Notes: a model not told the origin generated them from the letters alone. 64,000 bases of DNA from Macrostomum lignano (GCA_002269645.1 NIVC01000491.1:186001-250000); one strand, 5' to 3'; counted from the first letter of the stretch, positions 1-14,094 are shown. Program-made: numbers and translations.

Positions 1-298
1 GGAGAGGGGAGAGAAGAAGAGAGAGATGAGAGAGAAAGGAGAAAGAAGGGAGGAAGGGAGAGAAGGGAGAGGGGGAGAGAAGAAGAGAGAGATGAGAGAG
101 AGAGGAGAGAGAAGGGAGGAAGGGAGAGAAGGGAGAGGGGAGAGAAGGGAGAGGGGAAGAGAAGAAGGGAGAGATGAGAGAGAGAGGAGAGAGAATGGAG
201 GAAGGGAGAGAAGGGGGAGAGAAGGGAGAGGGGAAGAGAAGAAGGGAGAGATGAGAGAGAGGAGAGAGAGAAGGGAGGAAGGGAGAGGAGAGAGAGAG
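1..298. repeat. Purine-rich (GA/GGA) low-complexity tract
   Basis: Almost only G and A, with degenerate GGAGAGAAGGGAGA units; runs off the window start. Confidence 0.9.
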
Positions 299-899
299 TA
301 AAAATCTGCAACCGCAGACCTCTAAAAAGCATTCTACAAGCGTCGTATTATTGATATTATTCATTTTGATAATTTTGCCACGTTATTCGATGTTATGAAA
401 AATATTTATCCGCATAATACTTTAGCCAATAGGGTATGTATTTTTCTGTAGACGCGTCAATTAAAGGTTAAACCGTCCCGCAGTGTTTGACTGATCTGCA
501 GTGGGCGAACAAATCACTTTGCTACATACACAGCAGCTGCTGTTTTCAATGTCTGAATTGATTGATTGGGTGTTAGTATTTTATATCGATTGGCACGATG
601 GCAATGCTAAGTTCTGACAATAAGCGTAGATTGTATTTATTGGATTTGTTTGAAATAAATTATTAAATCTATACATGTCTCACAGTTTGAGTCAAACGCA
701 TTGGGACTGCAGTCAACTAAGGGAAGAAACAAATATACTCGTAGGAAATTGTACTCCAATAGGTTTTGCGTTATTCTAAAATAGTTTTGTACAAATTTAT
801 TTAGCATTGAGTAGGTAATTAATTATCACACTACAAGATAAAGGAGTCATTGGGTGCATGCAGAAGTGCAAATAAGTTGTTGAGATGAAGAAAAAGGAG

Positions 900-1260
900 G
901 GAAGAGAAAAGGGAGAGGAAGGGAGAGAGGAAGGGAGAGAGGAAGGGAGAGGAAGGGAGAGGAAGGGAGAGGAAGGGAGAGGAAGGGAGAGGAAGGGAGA
1001 GGAAGGGAGAGGAAGGGAGAGGAAGGGAGAGGAAGGGAGAGGAAGGGAGAGGAAGGGAGAGGAAGGGAGAGGAACGGAGAGGAACGGAGAGGAAGGGAGA
1101 GGAACGGAGAGGAACGGAGAGGAACGGAGAGGAAGGGAGAGGAACGGAGAGGAAATGCGAGGAAGGGAGAGGAAGGGAGAGGAAATGCAAGGAAGAGAGA
1201 GGAAGGGAGAGGAAGGGAGAGGAACGGAGAGGAACGAAGAGGAAGGGAGAGAGAAAGTGA
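900..1260. repeat. 10-bp purine tandem array (GGAAGGGAGA)n
   Basis: Directly visible near-perfect decamers with GGAACGGAGA variants. Confidence 0.95.
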
Positions 1261-1947
1261 GGGAGTGAGAGAGGAGGGGTAAAAGAAGCAAAAGTAGGAA
1301 CACTTAAAAGGGACATGAAAGGGGGAGAGAGAGAAGAGAGTTAGGGAGAAAAGGAAGGGAGAGAATGATAAATGACATTGCAAGCAAGTGTGGTGTGATC
1401 AACAGCAGAACAATGTCAGAAGTGCACATTGATTCATGTCAGAATTAAAAGCAAAAGCAGAAAATTTCACCCCTTGTATGGGCTGAAGCATAAATTATTA
1501 GTCTGTAATAATGACTTAAAATAATTGAGTCAACTAAAAAAACAGCTGAAGCCACTAGCTATCTGATTATTACAGAGTTCGGTTACATCTAATTACAGAC
1601 AGTTTTACTGTCTATTCAACTTCATTCAGTACCCTTTTTCCTAAATGTTGTACAGTTGCGTCAAGTCCACACAGCACTACGCCTCTGACGTAGATAGGCT
1701 GCAGGCTTTTCGCGAGTATTTTCAGCCCCACTCCAACACCCCTTCCCGGATTTACAGCAGACTAAAGCCGTGGCCTCCTGTGTGGAGTTGAGATAAAAGC
1801 AGGACAAGTTCAGCGAACTGTAGTTCCTTCGTTTCGGCCGTCAGAGAATCTTCCGTGTAAGAGAAATGCAATACCATACTTGGCAATGAGCGATTAGAGC
1901 AAGCACTAAATATTAGTGTACTCCAACAGCTCTGTAATGCACTGTAG

Positions 1948-2218
1948 ACGCCTAAATCTGTGTCATTATTGGCGACCTAAATCTGTCAACATTGGCGCCC
2001 TAAATCTGTCAACATTGGCGCCCTAAATCTGTCAACATTGGCGCCCTAAATCTGTCATTAAAGGCACCATAAATCTGTCATCATTGGCGCCCTAAATCTG
2101 TCATCATTGCCGCCCTTAATCTGTCAACATTGGCGCCCTAAATCTGCCATCATTAGCACCCTAAATCTGTCATCATTGGCGCCCTAAATCTGTGTCATCA
2201 TTGCCGCCCTAAATCTGT
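1948..2218. repeat. ~23-bp minisatellite (GGCGCCCTAAATCTGTCAACATT)n
   Basis: About 11 tandem units visible. Confidence 0.9.
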
Positions 2219-4329
2219 GTCACAGAATAAGAGGTTAAACAAGACTTTCATGCAACAGAATTCAGTGTCAGTATTACTGAAGTGTCAGAATTCAGTATTC
2301 AGTGCTTCTCGGCACTGGTGTTTATGTAGCAAATTACAACTTTTAAGATGGACACTGCGTCAATTCTCACTAAATCTTTCTGATAAGAACGAAGCGCATT
2401 GATCGCTAAAATTAGTCTCAGTTCCTGTCGGAACAACCTGAATCGCTACGACTATGCAAGCGAATATTCGCAATGTCGCCTCAGGCGTCACATTCAACTA
2501 AAATAAGAAGCAGATACAGCTGAGCGAATACAGTTGCCCCCTCCCCCCACCCGCGGCGAAGACTCAAAAAATACAATAACAACTTTTTCTTACGCGCCGT
2601 GCCCCCAAATCATTAAAGTGCGCCCCCGCCCCCGACACGGCCTTGAAGTTCGAATACAAAACTCAAGGACTACTTAACAACTCAACTCAACTAAGCTCAC
2701 GTGCCCAAGGTTTAAAAGTGCCTTTAGTTAGGCAAAATATCGTGCAGCCAAAAGGGGTGTGGCCGTGTTTTTCTTCACTTTTAGCTGCAACTTGATCATG
2801 CTGCGAGTTGCAAAGCTATATTGGAAATGATTTCATAGTTTCAGCCAATATAGTTGGTCATGCATAGGACCGATCAGGATTAGTGCTACGTACACATGAC
2901 TGTTTTGATGCTAGGGTCAGAGCAGCTGATCGCAAGAAACGTAGTCAAGAGAAGATCATAGAGACATTCTTGATACTGACGAGAGAGCATCATGTACTGC
3001 AGACTGTAAAATATTCATGAGACTTTTTCCGACGTTTTAAGGTCAAATTCAGGCATACAGGCGTCGCCAAGGGGCCCGGTCTGTGTCTGAAACAGCAATT
3101 TATGGTGGCACCGGTACTAATTCTTTGTCATCTATTTGCCAGAAAAATTAAAAAATCTATGAATATCTCCGTGATCAAAGAACCGATAAAAAACGGTCCG
3201 AAATGTTTATATTAGCTAAAAATAGCAAAAGAAAACAATATATGGAAAGTTCTTGATATTCCAGATGACATAAGCCCAGATGTCAAGCATAGAAAAGTGT
3301 CGTCTAAATAGAACTTAGCAAGTCACGGTAAAAAATCACTTCCCTGTCCTCGCTATGTAAGTTCTGGAGCCAAACTTGTTTAATGACCTTATAATAGGGT
3401 TTTAATATTGACTGCACTATGAACTTAGTATTCATTTGGTATCAACATATAGAATACATATATGCAAGTCCTCCGTAGATCCAACAGACAAGTGCAGAAG
3501 CTATAGAGACGTAAACTTGCCATGGTCTATTCCCCGATCCTCAACAACAACAGCTAAATTAAACTGCTGTGACATCCTTATAACTACTAATCAGACTTGC
3601 CGGCAACGTCAAAAACAATGCTGAAAACTTTTTGCTTTTGTTCGCATAAAAAGTGCTCAGAAAAAGCTTCATTGTGCACACGGGGTCGACTAGTGAATCT
3701 CATGGAACACGAACGACTGACTGAAAGCTGAAAAAAACAGTGCTGCAGGGATGCGCGAAAAAATTAACGGTTAGTTGCAGACATTTGCTATTTGTAAAAG
3801 CCACTCTCTTTTCTCTTCTTCACGGCTCTACTTTGATTTAATTTGCTTAAAGGAAAACGCGTGTCGACCTACTATTGTGTTCTTCATTTTCAGCTTCAGC
3901 AAACTAATGAAACAAACTTACTTAAATAAAGCAATATTGACAATCGGTTTTGCTCAAATGCATGATTCATTATTGCTTTCTAGACACAGCGGAAGTAAAA
4001 ATCTACAATTTGTCTGATTTAAAAAAAAAAGTGATTTGAAAATTAAAAAATAACCGCCTCCTTCTTTTAAGAAGTAACAGAAGCCTGTTTTTTGGATTTT
4101 CGTCCACTAAATTAATTGCGTTTTGTTAATATTTCGTTGGACGGATGTCAACTTAGATTAACGGTTGTACTACAAAGAAGAATTATCAAGCCGAAAAGTT
4201 GAAAGTTGAAGTGTCTTCACCTAAGAATCACGTATATAAAACTACGGGGTGTCCACTATGAAATATACCAATATTGATGGGCTGCAGAAGGCAGAAATTA
4301 GCTATAACGCCGAGGCTAACGTATCAGCT

Positions 4330-5083
4330 TGTCACGTTTTTGTAGTCGTCGTAGTCCCAAATTGGTGAAGTCAAACTCTTGCGGAGTGGGTTGTGTAGCG
4401 GAAGCACTTGGCGTATGATGGCAGAGGACTGTCGTAAACCGTTTATTGTCGTTATCAATATGATTAATGTCAATACAAGAGTTATAGCGTTCTGGAGCAC
4501 TGGCGGCTGCAACAACGGGTCGATGTAATTGAAGTTACGAAGTCAAGCAGATGGTGAAGGATGATGGTGAAGCAAAGTAGCCAGTGATGGCGCTGAGTAC
4601 GGTGGTGGCAGTGAGTAGCAAGTATGCAAGTAGTGGCGTGATTGGGCGCTAGCCCGTGGCAGTACAAGGTGGAGCACGAATGCGTAAACAAGTCTGGCCC
4701 AGACAGGGTGGGGCCGTGGCGAGAGATAAGGAGGCACGAAGAAGGAACGCACGAACGGGAGAGGAGAGGCAGCCAGGATAACCCCCCGTCCGCCGCCAGG
4801 CGGGGTTAATAAAGGAGCGCAGGAAGGTTAGCATAATAAATGCGGAGAGTTTTCATTGGCTGGCGGGGGAAAAGCGAGAACTGAAATTATTGATCGCGCG
4901 AGACCCTACAGACGTACGCAGAGCTTACAAAGTACGCAATGATTAGCAATTGATACAGATTCGTTGGGGGCTACTACAAGTAAACGTGAGAATACACGAT
5001 TGGAGAATATTAAATGAGAAATTGTAGTGAAATTGTAGTCCAACGGCCCTTTTGCGGGACCACCTTAAACTGACAACGTCACA
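4330..5083 (-). mobile_element. Solo LTR (Ty3/Gypsy-like), 754 bp
   Basis: Starts TGTCACGT and ends ACGTCACA (TG...CA, 7/8 inverted match). Flanked by identical AGCT at 4326-4329 and 5084-5087 (4-bp TSD). Minus-strand AATAAA near 4442-4447; no coding capacity. Superfamily is inferred from TSD length only. Confidence 0.7.
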
Positions 5084-5121
5084 AGCTCGTATCTGCCCGA
5101 TGCGGCCCATCCATATTAATT

Positions 5122-5802
5122 GTTATAGTTAGCGGGCGTGAAACCGCGTTTCACAGCCCGCTGAGATTGTCTATGGTAAAATCCCATTTACTCCAAATGC
5201 ATTCGATCAGTCGGTTTTACGGCCCGCTGAAAATTTCTATGGCAAAGTCAGAAAAAAGCGGGGTCAGCCCCCTTGCGGGGTTTTGAGGGCGGAGCCCCCA
5301 CATTTGCACACCAGCACTCTAGACAAAGAAAGAAAAAATTAAATCTAACAAAATTTCTATGGCCAAAACACCTTATTTTGCGAATTGAAAAAAACTAGTA
5401 CTGATACTAAGCATTTCCCGGTCAATTTGGTCCTAGAAGCACTCAATTTAGAGGCGCTACTTTCCGAGTCACTCATTCTTGCTTATTAACGGCTTTTAAA
5501 ATAAATACGCGAAATAAGTGCCCCCAGGATTAAATTGAGTGGAACGAAACAGCATACTTGGCCATAGACATATCTCTAGTGACGGCGGAATGAATTGGAA
5601 TTCTCTATTGCGGATTAAATTGAGTGCTTCTAGGACCAAATTGACCGGGAAATGCTATAATAATAGACAAGTTGTGCAAACATTAACTAGATATTTATAT
5701 GCATACGAGATTTTTTACTTATTGAAGTCGGCCATAGATTATTGCAGCGGGCGGGATGCCGTGTGTTTCACTCCGTTTCAACACGCCTAGGCTAACTATA
5801 AC
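5122..5802. mobile_element. Foldback/MITE-like non-autonomous element
   Basis: 12-bp inverted repeats GTTATAGTTAGC (5122-5133) / GCTAACTATAAC (5791-5802), a hairpin at 5131-5162, and an internal perfect 41-bp inverted repeat (5410-5450 vs 5616-5656). No TSD identified. Confidence 0.45.
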
Positions 5803-8800
5803 GTAAATCTCGATTAGGTATTCTCAAATTGCAGCTGTCACCATGCATGTTTATAATTGACTCACAACATGCAGGAATGTCTCTATAAATCCATTTATAA
5901 GGATTTTATTACGAAACTTCGTAAAAATCGAAAATCTTCTTTTACTGCATATAGCTGTGTGTGATCTGCATGCCTTGTATTTTGCCTAATTAATTAAGGT
6001 AATTTACGATCAACCATCATCGAAAAAGGCTGGGGGATGTGAAACCTTATACATATATTTCCTAACTTCTAATTTCCTAATTTCCTAAATTATGAATTGG
6101 CACTTGCCATAAATCAAAGCGATGTGAATATAGTCGAACCGCAACCTGTAGCGGATAGACAAGAAATTTAATGCACTTTTTACATGTATACATATAATGC
6201 ATATTGATGCTCATAATTACACAATTATTACGGTCTAGCAATTACGAGATGTATATAGTTGGTTCTGAACTTAAAGAAGAACCTACAATGGCTAATGATC
6301 TCTTTTGATAGCACGGCAACATGGATCTCTGCTCCCTGTGCGTAAGACTGTCGGTTCTTTTTCCGAGCGCTGCCACATGTTTGGGGCTTGTGTGTATGCG
6401 AAAAATTTTTGCCGCCGGGTTGTCTTGTAGTTCACGCACCTATATGAGGGCCAACCCTCCAATGCACACAGTGTATCGAATGATGATCGAGTGCGTACCT
6501 CATGCGTACACAAGTATTGTGCTTAGGAGTCAGCGGAATGCAAAATTGCTGTTAGCGCTGGCATGGTAAGAACTTCTAGGAAACCTAAAGGAATCAATGA
6601 GCTAACATATATGAACTTTTTTGGCTAATTATTAAGCCATGCAGGCGGAGGCATCACCACAGACTTTATGAAAAGGAATATAGATGCATTCAATAAAATT
6701 AAAGACGCACTAGTTATAACTTTTCCAGAGCGATATTGTTTGCATGTCTTTGAGTTAAATTACATAGTAATAATAATACCCCTGGGCCCTGGCCACTCAT
6801 ATTTCGTCTCTGCAGGATGATAATCAGGCTTGGGAATCCGGCTGCAATGGCTCCTTTATTACCGTCTGTACCAAAAGCTTCTCGCTGAGCACTCCTGAAA
6901 TAAACAAAATTACACGAAAACAAGGGATGGTTAGATGTCAAAGTAAGCTAGTGTTGGCTGTACAGCTGAATAAAGCAATTCACTTAAGTAGACAAAGAAC
7001 TGAGATGCTGAGAAATGTACAGCTTTGTCCATGTCGATATATCATAGGGCCTTTTCATATAATATGCTTGTTCTGGTTCTAGATCCAGATCTAATTTGTA
7101 AAGCATAGCTTTTGTCTCCTAATCTAGAGGGATATATACGTGCTATAAAGTTGTAATTAAGTGAACCCGCAAAAAGGTTGCGCCACGATAATAGAAAATT
7201 CTCCATAAGAAATTCATGGCAAAAGTTATCGTGGAATCCATTGCACCCCAAAATTGCGTTCGAATGTGAATGGCAATAGCCAAAAAGAAAATGAAAATTG
7301 TGCAAAGTGAGACAGTTAAGACAGTCAAACATTCACCAAAGCTAAATAGTTATTTTTTTACTTGGAAGATCAGAACCGCGGATCTGGGAATTGGTAATGT
7401 GAAAAGTCTCGAATCTGATTATAAATTTAAACATTGATTATCAGGCGGTTGATAACGATGGATAATAATTTGACTTTTTCATAAAATATTGAGACAATAA
7501 TTACCATGCATCAACCAAGGATGGAAGTCTGACCGGAAACATTGTTTCTTGGAAATTTTTAGGAGGCAGTTTTCCGAAAAAAATAAATACGCTACGGAGA
7601 TAAACAGTTTCCTTTTTCAGCACAAAATTGTTATTATTGGCAAATTGCTGTCGATAAGAGGCTTACCCGCTTTTTATCTTTTGATATGCTTTACTTTTCT
7701 TATGTAGGCCCCTTGCTCTATTGATATTCATAAATATGTTTGTTTAAAAAATTTTATTTCATTTTAATTTTTCATAAATTTTTTCAGCTTCAATAATTTA
7801 AACTTGCAGCGAGGCCAGTGAGTGACTGCTACTGCTAGGCCTAGCCCTAGAGTGACTACAACAACATTAATGATATTAACTTGCATTTAAAAAACTATAG
7901 ATTATAGAAATGCATGCCTAGGCCCTAGCAGTGGCAGCCTAATTAATGACATTACAAGGTTGACAGTTGTTTTGTCTGCTGCCAGATTGTCTGCCAGTGC
8001 CAGTCTTTCATCTGCAAAAATATATGATACTATCATATCATTGATAGAGTCATTTTGTCTGCCACATTTTTTTAATATAATGTCACCTATTATATCAGTA
8101 TCAAGTTTAGAATAAGATAGTAAAAGGATAAAAAATTCTTTTTTAGGCCTATTGTGGTGATAACTAACATAGTAACAACTAATGTTAGTTGTTTGTTAAG
8201 AACTTAGAAGTATGAATATAGGCCTACTTTATTTTAAAAAATTTAGAAATTGAAAAGGTTTAATTTAATTTGGCTGGTTCTTTGTTAAAAATAATAAGTG
8301 TTTGTTTATCTGAAATCCCATAAGGGCCTACTTATACATATGGCAGCTGTGTCTATTATTTAGGCTATAACTATGTCTGGCTACAATAATATAGTTATCT
8401 ATAAAACTAGGCCCCCTAGGTAGTTTCTTATATAGAGACTAAAGCTATCAAAATTTGAGATTTTATTTGAGATGAGATAAATTCAAGCCTATATAAAAAG
8501 TAAAGCATATCAAAATGTATGTTTGCATCTTGTCAAGAAATTATTTATTGACAAGATGCAAACATACCTATTCAACCTCAAAATTTTACCCATCTAGTGC
8601 AACTTAGTTTTGTCCAGATTTGCAACTTACCTATGCATCACTACACTGAAGGATCGGGGGGGGGGATAGCACACCTTGTGTGTTTGTGCTTATTGAAAAA
8701 TAGAAGTACCTCATTTCTCTTCCCTTTCTCTTGTCCTCACTTTCTTTCCCAATTGATTTATCATTCACTTATGCAGCATTGCAGACTGTAGTACAAAACT

Positions 8801-9243
8801 GCATTGTAGCCTGTATCTTATAGGCTACACTCTCTTTATACTGTACTGTATATGTCTTGCAAACTAACTTGTATATGTATACTCATGCATTCATATAGGT
8901 GGACATTCTTTGAGTCATTCTATACTTCACTTAAAGATAGACCTGCACCTGACTATATAAAGGCTAAGCAATAAGTTTCTAGATGTGCCCAGACAGAAAT
9001 AGTTAGAGAGAAAAAAACAGTTACATCTTTTCAAAGTACTCTCCAGCAGATTCGATGCAAATTTTCATGCATTGAAACCACTTGCTAAAATAGTTAGACC
9101 AATCTAAAGCAGGCACCTTCTCCATATGCCAGAGAAGGCCTCCATTGCAGCTTCTGGTGATCCATAGCAGATTCTACACTGTATCCTAGGCTTGATTTGT
9201 GGAAACACAAAAAAGTTGCAGGGGACCAGGTTGGGGCTCTAGG

Positions 9244-9533
9244 CATACATGCGCAATAGTTGGCTAATCCGGCCGACCAATTTGGTGGCCAACCAAGGTA
9301 AGTCGCAAAAATGCACACTCCAAAGAATACAGACTGTAAAACTAATTACATGATGAGGCATTTAGCCCTTAAAAGACAGTCATAGTTACTCCTACCATTT
9401 ACCCAAGATTGCATTAGTTTTGCTCTAGGGTTTCTTTCACAGGTAAGTCGCATTTTTGGCCAAAAACTATGTTGCATTTTTTGTTAAAACTAAGTTGCAC
9501 GGCCAACCCAATTTTGGAGGTTGCGCATGTATG
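9244..9533. mobile_element. MITE, 8-bp TSD (hAT-type), copy 1
   Basis: TIR CATACATGCGCAA / TTGCGCATGTATG; flanks GCTCTAGG (9236-9243) and GCTGTAGG (9534-9541), 7/8 identical. Confidence 0.8.
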
Positions 9534-9869
9534 GCTGTAGGGTGGATGACCGAGCTCTTGAATGCACTCTCTAGCCAGGAACTCTGCCACCTATTGAGCC
9601 TTGTGATCCAGGGCATTGTCGTGATAGAGAAGGATGCCCCAAGCTCAAGTCCTTGGGCAATGCTTAGAGAGAGCACTTAGCACTTCTGGCAGGCAAACAT
9701 TGGCATACTAGTGGCCATATGACCAGTTTTTGCCACAAAAATGGCCACTATCTGTTTCGCCATGCTGCACTCTTGTTGAAGCTTGGATGGTAGGATGCTG
9801 TCAACTAGAGTCCACTGGGCCGACTGCTGCTTAGTCTCTAGGTTAAAACTATAGATCCATGACTTGTCA

Positions 9870-10167
9870 CATACATGCGCAACAGTCGGCCGAGTTGGCC
9901 GATCCGGCCGACTGATTTGGCAGCCAACCGAGGAAGTCGCAAAAATGCCCACCTAAAAAAATAACTAAGTAGTAGTACTAAGTAGCTGACGAGACATTTT
10001 GGCTTAATAAGACAGTTATAGTTACTCCTGCCGTTTACCCAAAGTTGCATTAATTTTGCTTTAGTGTTTTTTTACATGTAAGTCGCATTTTTGGCCAAAA
10101 ACTAGGTCGCATTTTTGTTAAAACTAAGTCGCACGGCCGACCGAATTTTGGAGGTTGCGCATGTATG
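9870..10167. mobile_element. MITE, 8-bp TSD (hAT-type), copy 2
   Basis: 14-bp TIR CATACATGCGCAAC / GTTGCGCATGTATG; perfect TSD ACTTGTCA (9862-9869, 10168-10175); internally homologous to copy 1. Confidence 0.85.
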
Positions 10168-11645
10168 ACTTGTCACGACTGACAATATCCCAGACCAAGT
10201 TTGAGCTGCCTTCATTGAATCTGTCAAGCATGGTGCGGCACCAGGTCACCTGAGCCTCCTTCTGCTCTGGAGTCAGCTTATGAGGCACCCAGCATGCAGA
10301 AATCTTGCTTAGGTTAAGCTGTGAATGCAGGATCATCCTGATAGATCCTGATAAGATGCCTATCTCTGCTTCTATCTAGGCCACAGTCACTCGGGCATCA
10401 TCTTCAACCATGGCCCAGACAGCAGCAACATTATCCTAAGTCATTGCAAAGACAAGCTGGCTGCTGCGCTCCTCATCATCCAGACTCTGCCTGCCGCATT
10501 GAAATTCAGCAAACTAGTAAAAAATGGTGGGTTTAAAAGGTTCTTCATCCCCAAAAGTTCCTCTCAATCACCCAAGACTTTCTTGCTACTGCAAACCACT
10601 TTTAAAATTGTAATAAATCATTGCTCTAAAATGACTTCTAATTGAGCTCCATTGTGAATTTGATAGATAGGTGGGTATGCTAGCTTGGTTTGGGTGCTGC
10701 AGTGGCTATATATGACTAGTGTGTCTGAAACTTTATAAAAATTGTACTTATATAATGTACTTGACATCTATGGTGTCAGATTTTGTCAGCTGCCTTTCAA
10801 CTATGTACATCTGGAAAATTATTGCTCAGCCTTGAATCCTGAATGTGAATAGGATGAAAAAGGCCATGAAGACTATTCTATCAACTAGTGCCCCCTTTCT
10901 GCAGCTGAAGAGCAAAAGCCATTGCTCTTTATATAATGGAAACTTGGTGGTGTAACTCCTGGAGAAGTTAATGATTGTTCTGGTACACATTGGATATTAG
11001 AATAAAATTTGCTAGCATCTTAAGTGCAGCCCGGGGATTAGGTAATGGTGTAGCTGCAGCACATTCAAGGGAACTAGAAGCACCACTATCCCAATGTTCA
11101 GCAAGCTTATACAGAGAAGGACTGTTAATGGCGTGCAAAATCCAGAGGTTGTTGCTTCTAATAGAGATCTATCTATGCAGAATGCAAAAATTAAGATTCA
11201 TGGTGCAGATGCAACAACCCATGCATATTGCTCTTCTCATATAATTTTAGCTGAAAGAGAAGAGCCTGTTTTTGAAATGAATGAAGAAACTAGACATCTT
11301 GAGATAGAATTTATACAATGGCACAATGCTCATGCTGAATATATTGCTATAGAATATTGCCCATCAACTGATGCTGATACTGAAGTGCAGATCCAATGAT
11401 CACATATAGCTAGTCATTTGGACTCAGATTCAAAGACTGAGACTGATGGCCAAAGAAGTGAGTCCTCCAAGAAAAAGATATATAGTTATACAAACAGTTA
11501 CAAATAGTTACCTAATGATATATTTCCAGATGCTTGAAAAGAGCAAACCAATAATATACTTCTATAGATTTAAACAACTGTCAGTCACAGAAACAAGACA
11601 AAGCATGATGTGCTAAAAGATTTATTTACTCAAGATAGTATTGTA

Positions 11646-12443
11646 TAGTGATGGACCGAATGTAGATTTTTGCGAGTTTCCGAAACCAAATCCGAATGTA
11701 CAAAAAAATTCCGAATCCAAATCCGAATATCTGAATGTGTTTCCAAATGTAGATGGCAGGAGTAAATATGACACCTTTTAGTGACAAAAATGCCTCGTCA
11801 TCTAATTAGTAATCGTATCAGTGCTATACATTAATTTACTGATAAGATTCAATCTAATCTTGGGCTTATACTTTATCTATCTAGTATCTAAATTAAATTA
11901 AACTAGACTTAAACTCAATACTTATATATCTAATCTAACTAATTCCAATTACTAATACTAACTGACATTACGTTTGTGAAATTTGATATGATAACTTTAC
12001 CATGTAGTATAATTTAGTGCATGTAAAGTCCGTTGCATTTGCATTTTGAAAAAAGTGATGATTACACTTAAACAATGATTACTGCGATTAAATGTTTCTG
12101 CAACTTTAGGTTGAATGCCTCAAAGGTCCCAAAGTTAAGTAACTTTACTTAATAACACTTTTTTATAATATACATTATTGCAAAACAGACAATTGTAAAA
12201 ACAAACAATATTACGTTAAATTTTAAGTTCTCGTTTTTTAATGGACTTTCTTTTCAAAAAGTTGTATTTCTTTTACGTTAGCATAATTTTGTTTTGATTT
12301 TTTGATTTTTTCATATTCGGAAGCACATTTGGAAATTTGGAAAAAAAATTTCCGAATCCGAAACATTCAGATTTCTAAAAAAGTGAGACTTTTTTTCAGA
12401 TTCGGAATCCGAATCCAAATCCGAATATTCGGATCCATCACTA
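11646..12443. mobile_element. hAT-type MITE, 798 bp
   Basis: TIR TAGTGATGGA(C)CGAAT / ATTCGGATCCATCACTA with subterminal TCCGAA repeats; flanks GTATTGTA / GTATTGTG (8-bp TSD, 7/8). Confidence 0.75.
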
Positions 12444-12684
12444 GTATTGTGACAGTTGTTTTGCAAGACTATGGGGTGTTGCAACAGATGAAAGCATCTA
12501 TGATGACAGGAAGTCAAGTTGGACTTATAAGTTTCCTAAAACCATGGGCAAGAAACAATTTCTTCTAACACCATTGTGCTACACACAAATTGGAGCCTTC
12601 TATGTATCATGCCTTAAAAAATTTGCCATATATACAATGCCTAGATATACTACTATAATGCCTAGACGACAGGCAAAAAATCTC

Positions 12685-13008
12685 TCAATTGCAACTTAGT
12701 TCCTCCCGATTGCAACTTAGTTCCTCCTAATTGTGACTTAGTTCCTCCCAATTGCAACTTAGTTTCTCCCAATTGCAACTTAGTTCCTCCCAATTGCAAC
12801 TTAGTTCCTCCCAATTGCAACTTAGTTCCTCCCAATTGTGACTTAGTTCCTCCCAATTGCAACTTAGTTCCTCTTGATTGCAACTTAGTTCCTCCTAATT
12901 GCAACTTAGTTCCTCCCAATTGTGACTTAGTTCCTCCCAATTGCAACTTAGTTCCTCTTGATTGCAACTTAGTTCCTCCTAATTGCAACTTAGTTCCCCC
13001 AATTGTGA
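12685..13008. repeat. 21-bp minisatellite (TTGCAACTTAGTTCCTCCCAA)n
   Basis: About 15 tandem units. Confidence 0.95.
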
Positions 13009-14094
13009 CATAATTTTCACTTTGTATATGACTTTTCTTGCCTTTTTCTCTTTTCTTCTCTTTATCTTTCTCTCTCCTCTTTCCCCTCTCTTCTCTCTCC
13101 TTTTTCTTTTCTCTTCTTCTCCTTTCTTTTTTCTTCCAATTTTTTGTATTTTTTGCATTTCGATTTTGCAATTTACCTTAGCCAGCAGCCATTTCACTCA
13201 TCTAGGTCAGACAGGTTGGACAGGTGTTGGGCATGTATGGATGCAAATTGTGTGTAGATTGTAGATTGTCTTCAAGTCTGCTATGATACACCTTGCCGCA
13301 GAACTGGAATGATTACTAAAAGAATGCATATTCAAGCTCATAATATATAACAATATTTGTTAAATAACACTAAAAATAAATTTGCTCAACATTTGCTAGA
13401 TTTTACCATTTCAAAATTGCCCTACTAAGTGTGTTACAACAGAGTTATATTTATAAGAAAATTTGCTTTCCTTTTTATTTATGGCCTGAAATTTTTTAAA
13501 AAAAGTATTAAAAAATTTTAGATTTTGTCTCAAATTTCTTGAAAAAGTTTGAGATTTTTTGAGATAAAAAAAGTCGAGATCTTGTCTTGAATCTTGTCTT
13601 GTCAAGATCTTGTGACAGCTCTAATGGAGAGTCTTGCAAAGAACATTGCATATTCTCTATTAGTGTAAAATTGGAGCTGAAGAAAAATTAAAAAAACAAA
13701 CAAGAATTTTGAAGGTGTAAAACAATAGAAAACAATGAATATCAATTATAGCAACATATATGTGATGAGTAAATAGTCATATTTGGATGTAAAAAACATG
13801 TTCAATGATAAAAATGACTTAAGTCTTTGTAGTGAAAAAATATATCATGTATATTCAATTCAATGTATACTTGTAATGACATGTAAAAGCATGTAATTAT
13901 AGTCCTTATCCACAAATTTCCATGCTCTTTTCATTTTCCCTTACAATACTAAGCAGTAGTATATATGTAAATGTAATTTCATAAATGCAACAAAAACAAA
14001 TCTAAAAACAAATAGTCTTTAAAGTTTGTAGATAAAACAATCATAAAAATTTCTTTGTTTCACATTGATTAAAAGTACAAAATCTAGTCTTATA

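Larger units (their letters stand above)
9021..10520 (-). pseudogene. Decayed mariner (Tc1/mariner) transposase, interrupted by two MITEs
   Basis: After removing the MITEs the minus strand gives mariner motifs in order: WFAEFQCGRQSLDDEERS, ISACWVPHKLT (WVPHEL), DIVSRDKSWIYSFNLETKQQSAQW (IVTGDESW), LYHDNA, ELGHPPYS-PNLVPCNF (HPPYSPDLAP) and terminal CIESAGEYFEKM*. Multiple stops and frameshifts. Confidence 0.85.

Noticed and set aside
3400-3660. Second hAT dimerisation-domain relic (TSAEA-like)
   Set aside because: Similarity is too fragmentary to support without an alignment.
6240-7340. Possible minus-strand exons of an unknown gene (acceptor TTTATTTCAG near 6897; ORF 7042..7332)
   Set aside because: No recognisable domain and no consistent exon chain could be built.
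10975-11399. Short plus-strand ORFs
   Set aside because: No homology recognised, non-ATG starts, and frequent stops nearby; probably decayed TE or random sequence.
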